Source: a virus (lineage: Duplodnaviria; Heunggongvirae; Uroviricota; Caudoviricetes). From it: 64,000 bases of DNA. This document shows positions 1 through 11,400 of the stretch, piece by piece. The DNA lies in IMG/VR virus record IMGVR_UViG_2645727636_000004, positions 12,925 through 76,924 of that record; one strand, written 5' to 3'. Position numbers and translations under genes: made by a program. Numbering within the stretch: the first letter of the stretch is position 1; each line of letters starts with the position of its first letter. Under the pieces are notes generated by a model that was given only the letters and a program-made list of their open reading frames with translations, did not search any database and was not told where the DNA came from.

Positions 1-159
1 ACCGAAACGTATAACCTGACTTTTCTGTATTAAATAAAAATCATTTTTTTTATGCGTAAGTAGGTCATACTCAGCATAATTTTTACCATTTGCATAATCA
101 GCATTCCAATTAAAAGGGATGCCAATTGCTTGTAAATTATTTGAATTTGAAAATATCAT
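1..159 (-). CDS. 5' part of a tail-region hypothetical protein (truncated by window edge)
   Basis: ATG at 159 after GAGGTG RBS; MIFSNSNNLQAIGIPFNWNADYANGKNYAEYDLLTHKKNDFYLIQKSQVIRFG open to base 1. Confidence 0.65.
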   Translation of the reverse strand, partial: MIFSNSNNLQAIGIPFNWNADYANGKNYAEYDLLTHKKNDFYLIQKSQVIRFG

Positions 160-194
160 TTATATGCACCTCATTGTATTGAGTATTTTTAATT

Positions 195-230
195 AAAAAA
201 ATAGGGAAGAGGAATAATCCTCTAACCCTA
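195..230 (-). terminator. Intrinsic terminator after 254..1003
   Basis: TAGGG..AGAGG/CCTCT..CCCTA stem followed by U-tract on minus strand. Confidence 0.6.
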
Positions 231-253
231 AGTTGTATTATGTATTTTATTAA

Positions 254-1003
254 TTAAACGTACGAAAAAGTTGCTCTTTTAAGTAATGTGTTCTTCCCCG
301 CAGAAGCATCGATAGGAACTTTTGCAAATACAGTAACTTGTACAAAGTTTCCTCCTGCTAAATTTGCATTACTGCCATCGGCTTTAGTGTTGTTTGCTAG
401 CCCTAAAATTTCTTTTGCGTTTGGTTTTTTATCAATTTTAATAGCAACAAATTCGACTCCATTATCGAATACAGATTTTCCTTCTTCAGTAAGCCAACTT
501 GGTTCAGTTGCACCTGTTTCACCTGCATTGACAGCTTTGTAAATAAAACCATTATCAACAGTAGGTTTAACATACGCATCTATAGTTAATTTAGTTTCTT
601 TTATCCATACTGAAGCTGTACTTGAATGAATATTTGTAGTAGTTCCATTTGTACCTAAAAACTTCGTACCGGATGGATTTTCTGTCCCAACTCCACCTTT
701 GCCGACAGGAGTGAACACTTGTTCATTTAGACTATCAACCCTAGCTCTAAACCAGTTATCACGAACTGCCTCTACAATATTGCCTGCACTACTACCATCA
801 CCACCATTACGATCACGAGTAGTAAATTTAACATCTTCCATTTTTGAACAGTCTTTTGTACCTCCACGATTATTCCAGATAAAGTATGTTTTCTGAGGAG
901 AGTCTGAAAATGCATCTACCGTACCATAGTTAACTGTAGTTTTTACTTCTGTAGCTGTAGTATTTGTACCTTCGTACCAAGAAACTATAGGTCTTTCACT
1001 CAT
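254..1003 (-). CDS. Tail-associated structural protein with one CBM5/12-like module
   Basis: Tail cluster position; W..YVKPTVDNGFIYKAVNAGETGATEPSW module shared with 7224..7880. Confidence 0.6.
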   Translation of the reverse strand: MSERPIVSWYEGTNTTATEVKTTVNYGTVDAFSDSPQKTYFIWNNRGGTKDCSKMEDVKFTTRDRNGGDGSSAGNIVEAVRDNWFRARVDSLNEQVFTPVGKGGVGTENPSGTKFLGTNGTTTNIHSSTASVWIKETKLTIDAYVKPTVDNGFIYKAVNAGETGATEPSWLTEEGKSVFDNGVEFVAIKIDKKPNAKEILGLANNTKADGSNANLAGGNFVQVTVFAKVPIDASAGKNTLLKRATFSYV

Positions 1004-1057
1004 TAAAATTCCTTCTTTCTTATGTATTTATTTAAATAATAGTCATCTTTTATTAAA

Positions 1058-2218
1058 TTAATTTAGAGAGTCGTTCAATGCAATTTTCACATTCACAGTT
1101 AAAGTTTGAGCATCGACATTAAAAGAAGGGACGTATAATCTAAATACATCACCTTCTTTAACTTTTGTATTAATTAATTTAAATTCTTTATTGTTGCGAT
1201 GGTTATCTGCATCAATTGTTAGTGGGTTGTCTGTAACATCAACCCAATCTTTAAAATTCGAGGATTTCTGTATTTGAACTGGAGTAGGTTGTTGTCCTTT
1301 AAAAGAAACCTTTGCTTTAACATCGATTATTTCACCATCCCATTCAAACTCAAACTCTGGGTCTTGCACGCCTTGTAAAACATCTTTTGGAATAAAGAAT
1401 ACAATTGCTCTTTCATTAACAAATTTAGTTATATTTTTTACTTTGGTAAATTGTTCTTTGCTCATCAATCCATTAATAATTTCACTTGCAAGTGGGACAT
1501 TTCCACCAAGAGCATCAATAGGAGTCCATTCTTTTCCGTTCCATCTATAACGTATACCTGTATCAAATACTTGAGTTGTCCATCCAACCTCAGGGTAGGG
1601 GAATTTACTAGCAATTTCATCATATGTATTGACGTATGGCTGATAGATTAAGACTGTTGTTTCATAACCGTCCTTAACTAACTCTGCAGCATCATTAGCT
1701 TTTTGAGTAGCAATCAATGCTTGATCAGTTGCATGATTTGAATTATTTATAGCAATGACAAGATTGTTCAAATACTCTTCGTAATTATCCGTTCTATCAA
1801 TTAATTCTTGAACTTGTGATTTGCTTTTTTCTATGATTTCATGCAGCGTCTCTGTCGAATCAGATCCATCGTAATGTGCAATTCGAGTAGAAGGGTAGAG
1901 GATTAAACCTCTTCCTTTATATACTATTGACATTGTTTCAGCTTCTTTTGACACATGAAAGTAAACAAATCCATTTGTGTAATCTACGTAGAATTCATTT
2001 TTATCTAAGTTGTACTTCATAAACTTATCGTAGTTAATTTCAAACATACCTGTGATCCTTACCCTAAACATCTCATCAGGAATTTCTAATAAAAAGACAC
2101 GTTGATTCACTACACGAACAATATCTAAACGGTCTATAAATGGATCATTTGGCAATCCACTACGCCATAAGATATGAATAGGATTATTAAATTCTAAATA
2201 ATTTATAGGTAGTGACAA
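1058..2218 (-). CDS. Putative baseplate/tail fibre-associated protein
   Basis: 386 aa, central coiled coil, beta-rich C-terminus, directly after PAAR-like gene. Confidence 0.55.
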   Translation of the reverse strand: MSLPINYLEFNNPIHILWRSGLPNDPFIDRLDIVRVVNQRVFLLEIPDEMFRVRITGMFEINYDKFMKYNLDKNEFYVDYTNGFVYFHVSKEAETMSIVYKGRGLILYPSTRIAHYDGSDSTETLHEIIEKSKSQVQELIDRTDNYEEYLNNLVIAINNSNHATDQALIATQKANDAAELVKDGYETTVLIYQPYVNTYDEIASKFPYPEVGWTTQVFDTGIRYRWNGKEWTPIDALGGNVPLASEIINGLMSKEQFTKVKNITKFVNERAIVFFIPKDVLQGVQDPEFEFEWDGEIIDVKAKVSFKGQQPTPVQIQKSSNFKDWVDVTDNPLTIDADNHRNNKEFKLINTKVKEGDVFRLYVPSFNVDAQTLTVNVKIALNDSLN

Positions 2219-2233
2219 TTTATCACCTTCTTT

Positions 2234-2701
2234 CTATCCTCCAATATAAACATTAGCACTGAACCCATCTTTTACAGTTGTACTAGTATTTGCATGTGTT
2301 TGAATTGTAGAATCTTTAGTTGCTACTAAAACTCCGCCAATATAAACATTTTTACTGTTTCCACTGGACACTTTTCCATTAGCATTATTATGCTGTCCGC
2401 CTGCATAACGTTCATTCGATGACAGGCTATAAGAATCCGATTCAACTGTACTGTCTCCAAGTAGAGCAGGATTTTTCCCTTGAATAAATACATTGGATTG
2501 TTTTGCTTTTACAGTTCCATTAATCGTAGCGTTAGCACTATAGCCTCCAACCCAACTATAGACAGGTTCACGATTAGTACAATAGCCATCATCGTCCCAT
2601 GATGTACATTGAGTACCTGTCTGAATGTATCTTTCAGTACTAATGTGAGAGTTAGCAGTTGATTGATTTATAGATGCTCCATTTAGTGTAATCAAAGCCA
2701 T
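2234..2701 (-). CDS. PAAR-like spike-tip protein
   Basis: SNVFIQGKNPALLGDS, NVYIGGVLVATKDS and terminal SANVYIGG match PAAR repeats; directly follows the spike gene. Confidence 0.75.
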   Translation of the reverse strand: MALITLNGASINQSTANSHISTERYIQTGTQCTSWDDDGYCTNREPVYSWVGGYSANATINGTVKAKQSNVFIQGKNPALLGDSTVESDSYSLSSNERYAGGQHNNANGKVSSGNSKNVYIGGVLVATKDSTIQTHANTSTTVKDGFSANVYIGG

Positions 2702-2713
2702 ATAATAACCTCC

Positions 2714-5700
2714 TTAGTTAATGTCGATACGATTACCATTTATTTTTATACCATTAGTAGTCATAGATATTACATTGCTGCCAAAGGATAGTTCTAATTT
2801 AGAGTTATTCATTGTAATACTTCCACTACCGCCTTTGAGGGAAATAGTTCTAGGTGAATTAAGTTCTATAGATTTTTCTCTATCAGTTGTTAAGTTAACG
2901 GAATGTTTTTCACCATATTCGTCTACATACTCAGTAAAGAATCCATTTGGAGTTTTATATTGTTTAGCTTTATTATAATCAGTGTTAGCTCCCGAACCTG
3001 TACCCCAAATAGCAACAGGGTAGGCTTCCACACCAGAACCTTCAAAGTACATTTCGTATTTCGCTTGTTCTGATGAAGGATTTTTTAAATCAAATCTTGT
3101 CATAAATCTTAAGAATTTTTGTTTTATATGAACATAGTTGTAAGGATCATCCTTATCGTATGTTCTTAATCTCGTAACAGTTAAATCAGAAATAAAGCTA
3201 TCGTCCTTATCCAAAGACTCTAAAATAGATTCATCCAACTCACCGTTCATAATAAACAGTTTTCGTGCATACAAGTTTCCATCTTTATTTATCCAAAATC
3301 TAGGCTCTTTTTTTACGTCAATAGCTATGCCTTCGTTAGCATTTAGGCGAATTTGTTCACCGTTATTTCCATTGATAGTAATGCCTTTCTCATGGTCAAA
3401 GATAATCTTTTCACCTAGTTTACCATCAACAATTTTTAAATTATGAGTAGTAATGTCTTTAGCATATAATCTACCATCAATACCAACCCAAAACTTTTTA
3501 TCATTATTCACATGGATAGATATTCCGACATTACCGTTTAATCTAGTTACTGATTCTTTGACTCCATCTCCATCAGGATCACCAAAAATAGTAATACCAT
3601 CTTTCCAGTCAAGTATAATTGAGTCACCCAAATCACCATCAACAATACGAAGATTTTTTGTTACCAATCCTTCCGCATAAAGTGTGCCATCTTCCCATTT
3701 AGAGTCACCTAAAGTTGCAAATAGTTTACTAGTCCATTTCCCATTTTCCCATTTTTGAAGAGCTAAACCATTCGTTGCATTAAGGTACGCTCGATATTTA
3801 CCATCACTTCGAACAGCAATAAAACCAAAATCATTCATAATAAGATTATTGTTGTACGATCCCATTTGAATACCAGAGTAGAATAGGGAGTCTTCAATTG
3901 CTTGACGTAGACGAGTAGCTTCATCATAGTAATCTTTAAATTTCTGCACAAAAAAACCACGATCGTCAATTGAACTCGTGGATTCAGTAAGTGGGTCAGA
4001 CATATCTATATTTAAGCTTTCTGATTCTAAATAACCGTTATTTATGACTTTTATATAGTTTGAAATATAAGTCATTAACTCTAAGTAAGCATTTTTTAAA
4101 GCACTTGTTGAATATTTGTCAGTGGTAGAGTAAACGGTAGGGAAGGTTTGTGTTTTTGTATCAAATTCTGAATCTACATCAGTAACATTGTCTCTATCGC
4201 TTCTTATGTATTTCTGTGCTTGCTGAAGAAGTAATTTGTAATCGGAATGGATTTTATACAGCTCTTTAATCAACTCTAATTTTTCAAGTGTCGTCAATTT
4301 ACCATCAGCAACAATTTTATCAAATAAGCCAATATTAAAGTAATCATTCTCTGCGTCTAAGATGACTTCATCTAAATTATTTACAATTTTAATATTCTCA
4401 GCCACCATGTTTCGAGAATATAACGTACCATCTGTATTAGCCCACAATACCTTTTTCCAGTCATCGCCATCTTTTTTGCTAACTGAAAAACCTTCACATG
4501 TTGTCAGTGCAACTCTGGTGATATGATTCTGAGATACGAGTCCAAAACATTCGTTTTCTTGTGGAATTAAGTTTCCGTTTTCGTCTTTTTTGTTCTCTGA
4601 AACTAATCCTAAATGCATCACTTCATCACCATAACGATTATAAATTGTAGTCCTTGATCCTTGTGTTAGCCATATCCCTGATTCATCTTCGATAATTAAG
4701 TTGACTCCAGAAATTATTTTTCCGAAAATGCGCTCGCCAAATACGCCGTGTTTTGAAATTGCGTGCTTCCAAGACTGTCCATCATCATTAGTTATGGCTA
4801 AAAATCCGTTTTGAATAACAAGCCAACTTAAAGGATCTTCCAAGTCTCTCACAATAATCCCACGTTCACTTATTTCGATCTTCTGATTGTAACCTGCCAT
4901 TACAGCATTTTTTAAAGCATCCCATTCATTATTGATGATGTCATTGATAGCACCGTTATTCTCTTCAGATAAATTCCATTTCCACTTATCCATCTGGACT
5001 ATTGTGGAGGTATTACCTGCTTTATTTAATTGTTCTAACCAATTGTTACCTTCATCAAATTCATTTTCAATAACGACTGAGATACTTTCATTTTCAAAAT
5101 CATGAGTAATCTCAGTAATCTTTGCTTTAACATTTACTTGCAATCTATCATATCTAACTCTTATGATATCTCCTAAGCCTAATTTATCCCAATCATTTTG
5201 ACATTCAACTATAGATAGAAAATCAATTAAATTCATATCTAATTTTATTTTTGGTTCTAGATATTTTCTAAATACTTCATATCCTTCTTCAATCAAGTCT
5301 TCATCATCTACAATAGAGTCATTTGTATATTCCTTTTCAATTTCAAAATCTGATAACTCTTCTAATTGTTCAACAGTAAAATTATTCTCCCTAGCTAAAT
5401 GATCCCTCAAATCGTTTAATTCATCTTCATAATTAGCAAGTTGGTATCTTAATTCTCTAATGAATGCTTCTTGAGTTGATATTTCTGCTCTTTTTTCTTC
5501 TAATCTTTGGATAATATCCCGATGGTTATGGGAGGATGATTGAAAGTTAGCATTGGATAAATCTAATTCGTCCTCGATAATTATTCTTTGAGTATTCAAG
5601 GCGCTTAGTTTTTGTTCTTCTGTTTGAACTATAGATTTTTGCGTAGTGACCATTGTAGTTAAGTTGGTAAACTTCTCAGATAAAGATTCCACTAATACTT

Positions 5701-6556
5701 TATAATCTTCTAAAGCAATGCATAAACTGTCACTTAAATGTATCGAATGACTAATAACAACTTCATCTTCACGTTTGAAGGGGTGGAGGTAATATCTATA
5801 ATCTTCTAGATACGATTGTCCAGTTGGATTTAATCTATGTATTGATAAACCATCTTGACCATAAACTTTTAAACGTGTAATAGTATCAATTGTATTTGTA
5901 GCTAAATTAAATGACTCTAAATATTTGCCATCTCTTATGTAAAAACCTTTATCCTTACCGATGTTATCAGGTTTATAAAAGTTTATTTTATACTCAACTG
6001 AATCCCATACAATTAATGCATTCCAAACATTAGCTAGATCATAAATAATTTCTAAAACATTATTTGAGGCAACTTCATAACTTCGGTAAATTTCTTCGAA
6101 GTAACTGTCTACATATCCTAATTTCCATTTTGTGTTTACTGACGACAGAATTTCATTTGTTACTTGAGATAAAGTTTTACTGACAACTTCAAATTGTCTT
6201 ATATTCTTATCGCTTAACTGAACACCAAGGGATAGAGAAGTGAACTCAATATACTCATCTTCGCTATATGATTTATTAGATTCATTAATTAGAAAATATT
6301 CTGTGACATTGCCGAATTTCAACTTAAAAAGATATCTGTTTTTTATTTTATCAATATTTTTGTTATCAACAGGAATTCCATCTTCAATTAGTACAGTAGG
6401 TATCTTAAATGATAATTCATTTAAAACTGGTACTTTAGTGCTGTAATTGATATCATAAGCTTCACTAATTCTAGCTATTGTTTTCTTGTCAGGTCTACAA
6501 AGGAAAATCCTAGCATTATCTGGTTTTAAATTGTAATCTATTTCGCCTAGTTTCAA
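2714..6556 (-). CDS. Tail hub/central spike protein (Tal-like N-terminus, coiled coil, beta-repeat C-terminus)
   Basis: 1280 aa after Dit; N-terminal hub-like region; C-terminus ...ISMTTNGIKINGNRIDIN resembles gp5/VgrG spike ends. Confidence 0.75.
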   Translation of the reverse strand: MKLGEIDYNLKPDNARIFLCRPDKKTIARISEAYDINYSTKVPVLNELSFKIPTVLIEDGIPVDNKNIDKIKNRYLFKLKFGNVTEYFLINESNKSYSEDEYIEFTSLSLGVQLSDKNIRQFEVVSKTLSQVTNEILSSVNTKWKLGYVDSYFEEIYRSYEVASNNVLEIIYDLANVWNALIVWDSVEYKINFYKPDNIGKDKGFYIRDGKYLESFNLATNTIDTITRLKVYGQDGLSIHRLNPTGQSYLEDYRYYLHPFKREDEVVISHSIHLSDSLCIALEDYKVLVESLSEKFTNLTTMVTTQKSIVQTEEQKLSALNTQRIIIEDELDLSNANFQSSSHNHRDIIQRLEEKRAEISTQEAFIRELRYQLANYEDELNDLRDHLARENNFTVEQLEELSDFEIEKEYTNDSIVDDEDLIEEGYEVFRKYLEPKIKLDMNLIDFLSIVECQNDWDKLGLGDIIRVRYDRLQVNVKAKITEITHDFENESISVVIENEFDEGNNWLEQLNKAGNTSTIVQMDKWKWNLSEENNGAINDIINNEWDALKNAVMAGYNQKIEISERGIIVRDLEDPLSWLVIQNGFLAITNDDGQSWKHAISKHGVFGERIFGKIISGVNLIIEDESGIWLTQGSRTTIYNRYGDEVMHLGLVSENKKDENGNLIPQENECFGLVSQNHITRVALTTCEGFSVSKKDGDDWKKVLWANTDGTLYSRNMVAENIKIVNNLDEVILDAENDYFNIGLFDKIVADGKLTTLEKLELIKELYKIHSDYKLLLQQAQKYIRSDRDNVTDVDSEFDTKTQTFPTVYSTTDKYSTSALKNAYLELMTYISNYIKVINNGYLESESLNIDMSDPLTESTSSIDDRGFFVQKFKDYYDEATRLRQAIEDSLFYSGIQMGSYNNNLIMNDFGFIAVRSDGKYRAYLNATNGLALQKWENGKWTSKLFATLGDSKWEDGTLYAEGLVTKNLRIVDGDLGDSIILDWKDGITIFGDPDGDGVKESVTRLNGNVGISIHVNNDKKFWVGIDGRLYAKDITTHNLKIVDGKLGEKIIFDHEKGITINGNNGEQIRLNANEGIAIDVKKEPRFWINKDGNLYARKLFIMNGELDESILESLDKDDSFISDLTVTRLRTYDKDDPYNYVHIKQKFLRFMTRFDLKNPSSEQAKYEMYFEGSGVEAYPVAIWGTGSGANTDYNKAKQYKTPNGFFTEYVDEYGEKHSVNLTTDREKSIELNSPRTISLKGGSGSITMNNSKLELSFGSNVISMTTNGIKINGNRIDIN

Positions 6557-6573
6557 GTAATCATCACCTCATC

Positions 6574-7212
6574 TCATTCTTGAATAAAGACGTATCGATG
6601 TCTAATATCCATGTCAAAATCTCCTTTACCTTTTAAGAAATTATCACCAATTACTAATCTCAAATACTCATCATTATGGTCATCGAATCTATATACTCCT
6701 AGACTTTTCCTATCAGAAACTATATCTTCTTTTTGACAATCTATGAAAACTTCTTCATTATCTATGAGATTTTCAATAATCATTTTTTGATTTGTATTCA
6801 TATTAGTAACCTCAACAGTACCATTTCCATTCTTCTTCCTAATCCACAGCTTAGGCTTTATTTCAAAATCACCTAAATTTTCTAACGACTCATAAGGGTC
6901 AAATGAGATAGAGAAAGATTGGACATAGGGTTTTTCATTATTTTTTTTTGCATTCATAACAATTCTGTATCTGAAAATTAATCCATCTAATGAAAGTCCA
7001 TTCAATAAGTCATTATCGTTAAAGTTTATTGGCTTCCAAGAAGTCCAATTTTCATAATCGTAGGAAACTGAATAGTGAAATTGGACTTCTTGATTATGTA
7101 TATTTATAATATTCGAAAGTATTGTAGTTAAATACTTAGAAGAAACATTGGATATCTCATAGCTTTTAGAAATATAAGAACCTGTTGAATTTATTAAAGA
7201 ACTCCATTTCAT
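6574..7212 (-). CDS. Baseplate protein with Dit C-terminal-like domain
   Basis: GDFEIKPKLWI...EEVFIDCQKEDI...YLRLVIGDNFL resembles the C-terminal half of siphophage distal tail proteins. Confidence 0.55.
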   Translation of the reverse strand: MKWSSLINSTGSYISKSYEISNVSSKYLTTILSNIINIHNQEVQFHYSVSYDYENWTSWKPINFNDNDLLNGLSLDGLIFRYRIVMNAKKNNEKPYVQSFSISFDPYESLENLGDFEIKPKLWIRKKNGNGTVEVTNMNTNQKMIIENLIDNEEVFIDCQKEDIVSDRKSLGVYRFDDHNDEYLRLVIGDNFLKGKGDFDMDIRHRYVFIQE

Positions 7213-7223
7213 TCTAAAAACTC

Positions 7224-7880
7224 CTATTCTATTTTTCCAAATGGTCTAAATTCGCAATTAGTTCCGACCCTTTTCCAAATAATATTTTTAGCCTTTCGCC
7301 ATACAACTGAACCATCTACAAATGCAGTATCGTTTTTGATAGACGCCCATTCAGGTTCAGTAGGGGAGGAATAGCCTGCTGTTTCGCATATGTAATAGTG
7401 TGTCTTGTTACCATTTGTAGGGAATACTAAATTTCCTACTTCATAGTTGAATTCATTGCGCCAAGTTGAACCAGTTACTTCATAAAACTCTTGATCTAAT
7501 ACAGTAAGGAAGGTAGGAGGAGTGGTTGAACTTTTACCATCTACAACACATTCATATAATCCACCATTATCTACAGGAGGTTTTACTAAATTGCCTATAC
7601 TGTAATTTTTATTAGGCAGCCAATTTTTAGCTTGAATCCCTTCTCTAGTTACAACCCATCCGACAAATGAGGTGATTACTGGAGTTTTATTCCATAGTAT
7701 ATGACCAACTTTGTAAAGTTTATTGTCACTCAAATCTTCTATAGAGTTGGTGGAATTCTTCATGTATTGTTCTATTTTTTTAAAATTGTCTCCATAACTC
7801 ACAATTGTCTGTTTTATATCATCGTCACTAAAAGATGACTCAGTTGTAATATTTAAATCAAGTTGATCTGTAGTTTCCAT
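7224..7880 (-). CDS. Tail protein with two CBM5/12-like repeats
   Basis: WLPNKNYSIGNLVKP..NGGLYEC..G.S...PP.F and WRNEFNYEVGNLVFP..N..YYIC..G.S...EP.W. Confidence 0.6.
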   Translation of the reverse strand: METTDQLDLNITTESSFSDDDIKQTIVSYGDNFKKIEQYMKNSTNSIEDLSDNKLYKVGHILWNKTPVITSFVGWVVTREGIQAKNWLPNKNYSIGNLVKPPVDNGGLYECVVDGKSSTTPPTFLTVLDQEFYEVTGSTWRNEFNYEVGNLVFPTNGNKTHYYICETAGYSSPTEPEWASIKNDTAFVDGSVVWRKAKNIIWKRVGTNCEFRPFGKIE

Positions 7881-7882
7881 AT

Positions 7883-8479
7883 TTATAATTCACCCCATCT
7901 CTTTACGTTGGGATATAACGCTCCCCAAGAGTTGTCTACTTTATCAATAGTTAATCCATTAGATGTGATTTTTGTATTGATAAAACTTCCTTGTTCGAAT
8001 GTACTCACATCATCAACAATTTGATAACCTACATTAGAATCTCTAAATTCTAAGTTATTAAATACATGTTCATGTGAATAGGTATAAGGTGAGTCACATC
8101 TAATGTTAAATTCAACATGACCTTGTTTTAAACCGTTATGTAGCAATTTAGAATCGCCTTCAACAAGAGCGTTGAACACTCTGTTTGGATTACTTTCCAA
8201 AACTAAAGGTTTGTAATATGGCTGAAATAACCAACGTGTAATTTTCCTTATATCCTTATCTTCAACCCAACTTTCTAAATAAAAAGACAAACTAAAAGAG
8301 AGTGGTTCATGTTCCACTCTCTGAAAGTAAGGTTTCTCGTTATTAGCTACTTTTTTTTCAATTATTTTACGTGTAGGGAGAAAGATCTCTTCATATAATC
8401 CACCTTTAGACCAAGCAATTTTAACACCCATATCTTTCGATGAGATGTTGTCGTACATAAAATGAATAGACTCCAACAT
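7883..8479 (-). CDS. Distal tail protein (Dit, YomH-like)
   Basis: Start overlaps TMP stop (TAATG); F.YDNISS..G...LFQPYYKPL...FNIRCDSPY.Y pattern. Confidence 0.8.
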   Translation of the reverse strand: MLESIHFMYDNISSKDMGVKIAWSKGGLYEEIFLPTRKIIEKKVANNEKPYFQRVEHEPLSFSLSFYLESWVEDKDIRKITRWLFQPYYKPLVLESNPNRVFNALVEGDSKLLHNGLKQGHVEFNIRCDSPYTYSHEHVFNNLEFRDSNVGYQIVDDVSTFEQGSFINTKITSNGLTIDKVDNSWGALYPNVKRWGEL

Positions 8480-11400
8480 TACTTTCTCACTCCTTTTCTA
8501 CGTAATAAATCATCGTCAATCATTTTATTGAATCGACTTAAGTCATTTTTGTCACCATTCATTTTATCAATATTGAAGTTTATTTTGATGTCACCATATG
8601 TATCTCCACTAACAACAGGAGATGTTTTTTGTGCAGGTGCGAATTTTGATAGGAAAGGGGATAGGTTGCTCATGACCTTATCCATTACATTAATTGAATC
8701 AAAGAATCCTTTGGTATCAACTTTATTCAACATAATTTCATTTGGATGAGCTATGATGGCTTTACCACCTTTACCATCGATACCTGTTCCATTCCAATTC
8801 ATAAATCCACCAGTATCAAGCGAAGCTATCTTTCTTTGCATTAGCTCTCTAGTTTTAGCATTATCAATCATACCTAAATTGGAGTCAAAGAATGACTTCA
8901 TTTGATTGACTTGTCCAGAAGTGTATGTACTCTTTATAGCATCGAATGTCACATTTTCTGAAATCTTTGAACCACCGTTTCGACCTTGTTTGGCAACGCC
9001 GTCAGCTTTTGCTTTTAATGCTGTTTTAGTATTAGCGCTCAACGATGTATCAGGTACTAATTTTTCATAAATAAATTTACCTAGCATAACTTGCATATCT
9101 GCTTTAGATAAACTTCCATCATTCGTAGATTCATGTTTATTGCCAGAAATACTACTTATAAACTGCTCAATAAAACTATCATAATTACCGCCTAACATTC
9201 CTTTACTACTATCAAAGTATTCATATAAAGCGTCCATATCGGCTTGAGTAAGACCTTTAATGGAATCATTAAAATTAACGTCATCTTTAGTGAATTGAGT
9301 GCTGCCATTTTTTCGACCTTGCTCAGCCAATTTTTCTGCCATTTGACGAATATTATCTTTTTCACTGCCAGATGTGTTAGGAGCAACGTTGTCAAATAAG
9401 AATTTACCTAATAATACTTGTAAATCACCCTGAGATAGATTGCCATTAGATGTTTGAACTTGATTACCGTCATAAGGATTGAAGTTGAATGAACCATTAT
9501 CAGATGCTTTTTGACTATCATTAAATTCATCAATTAATTTAAGTGCTTCGTTTAAATTATCAATTACATTTTGTCTAATAGAAGTTCCGACAGCTACCAT
9601 AGTACCGTCTAGAGAATCTTCTAAAAGTGGCATAGTATTAATCATTTTTTGAACATATTCTTGAAATTCAGCATCAATTTTCTCAAAATGACCAGAAAGA
9701 ATTGCCTCTCTCATTTCGGCAAATTTTCGTTCATCATTAAGTAAATCTTTGTAATGCTTCTCCCAATATTCTTTTTCACGATTAATCTTATTGATTACAT
9801 TTTCGTGCTCTTTATCTTGAAGTTCAATTTTTTCATTTACTTCTTCTTCTTTAGCTTCTAAGGCATCGTTTAAAGATTCTTTACGTAATTCGACTTCACG
9901 ACTATGACGTTTTTCTTCAATTTGCTTGTCAATTTCATCTAATTGTTCTTTTAACTTTTTACGTTTAGCTTTACCTTCATGTGAATTATCTAAAGCTAAT
10001 TCGTCAAATTGGCTTTGAACATTATTACGCTCTTTTTCTAAGTCTGAAATTTCCATGTCATAACTTCGTTGAGCTTCTTGACGATCAATAAGTCTTAGCT
10101 TATCTTCAACGTTCTTTCTAAACAAATCCATTTCATCATTAAGATTTTTCATGATTTGCTCGTGCTTTTCATTTTCATGCTTAATTTCATCATCAAGAGT
10201 CTTTATATGCTCATCTCTACGCTCTTGAATGTATTCTTTATATGCATTGATAGCTTTATCTGCAACACTTTCAAGTTGCGATTTATTAGCTTCCTCAACT
10301 TGTTTTGTATACTCTTTGATGGATAGGGTAGCATTTACATAAGCTAGATGTTCCTCTGCCATTAGCTTGTTAATTTCCTTAATACGTTCAGCCTTAACAT
10401 CACGCTGCTGTAATTCTGCAACTAAAGCGTCTCTAGTTGCTAAATGCTGTTTAGCCATTTTTTCATATTCTGCAAGAATAACTTTCGTATATTTGACGTA
10501 ATCAGCAGAGCCTTCATCAAACATTTTACGAATTGCTTCAGCTTGATTAATTGCAGATTCCATTATGCCAATTTTTTCATCAGATTGAGTTTTAATATTA
10601 ATTAAAATATCATAATCTCCATCTTGAATTTCAATCTGTAATTCTTTAATACTTAGTGTCAATTCTTCTATACGGTTTTTAGCATACTCTAAAGCGTCAC
10701 CTTGCAACTCATTTTTGTTTATTAGAGCAGTTAATTGAGTTAATTCGTAGCGATTAGAGTTTTGTTTTTCTCTCATCGCATTGTTTATACTTGCAAGAGT
10801 TTTCACATATCTAGCGGAAGAAGTATCCAATTCTTCAAGTTTAGCTTTTTCATAGCTAATAGTCTTATCTTGTATTTGACGTAACTCATCATACTTTGCG
10901 ATGTATGATTCAACTTTACTATTTTGAATCTTCTCATTTACATCTTTTATGCTTTCAGCAACATCCCACCAAGCCAATGATAATTCACTTAGTTGAGTAG
11001 TCAATTCACCTTTTAAAGCAGGGGACAAATCTTTACGTTTAAGTTGATTACGAATAAAGTTAGCTTCGTTATGCAGTAAAGTTTGCTTATACTTTAGATG
11101 CTTAGTTTCTTTTTCTAACTCATCCCGATACGCCTTTGAATGCTCCGATTGTTGAGATGCGAGAATATTAGACATCTGAATAGAACGGTCTACGCCATCA
11201 ATAAGATGATCGTAATATGCGAGATTAGATTTAACTAATTCTTCATTCAAATTATCAATGATAGATTGAGTATTGAGAGCGTCTCCCTGTAGTGACAGTA
11301 AATCTGATTTAGCTTGGTCAATAGCCTGCTGAGAAGTATCAATACCAATTCCTGCACCGCCATTAGTGCCTGCAAATTGATTATAATATTGGTTAGCATA

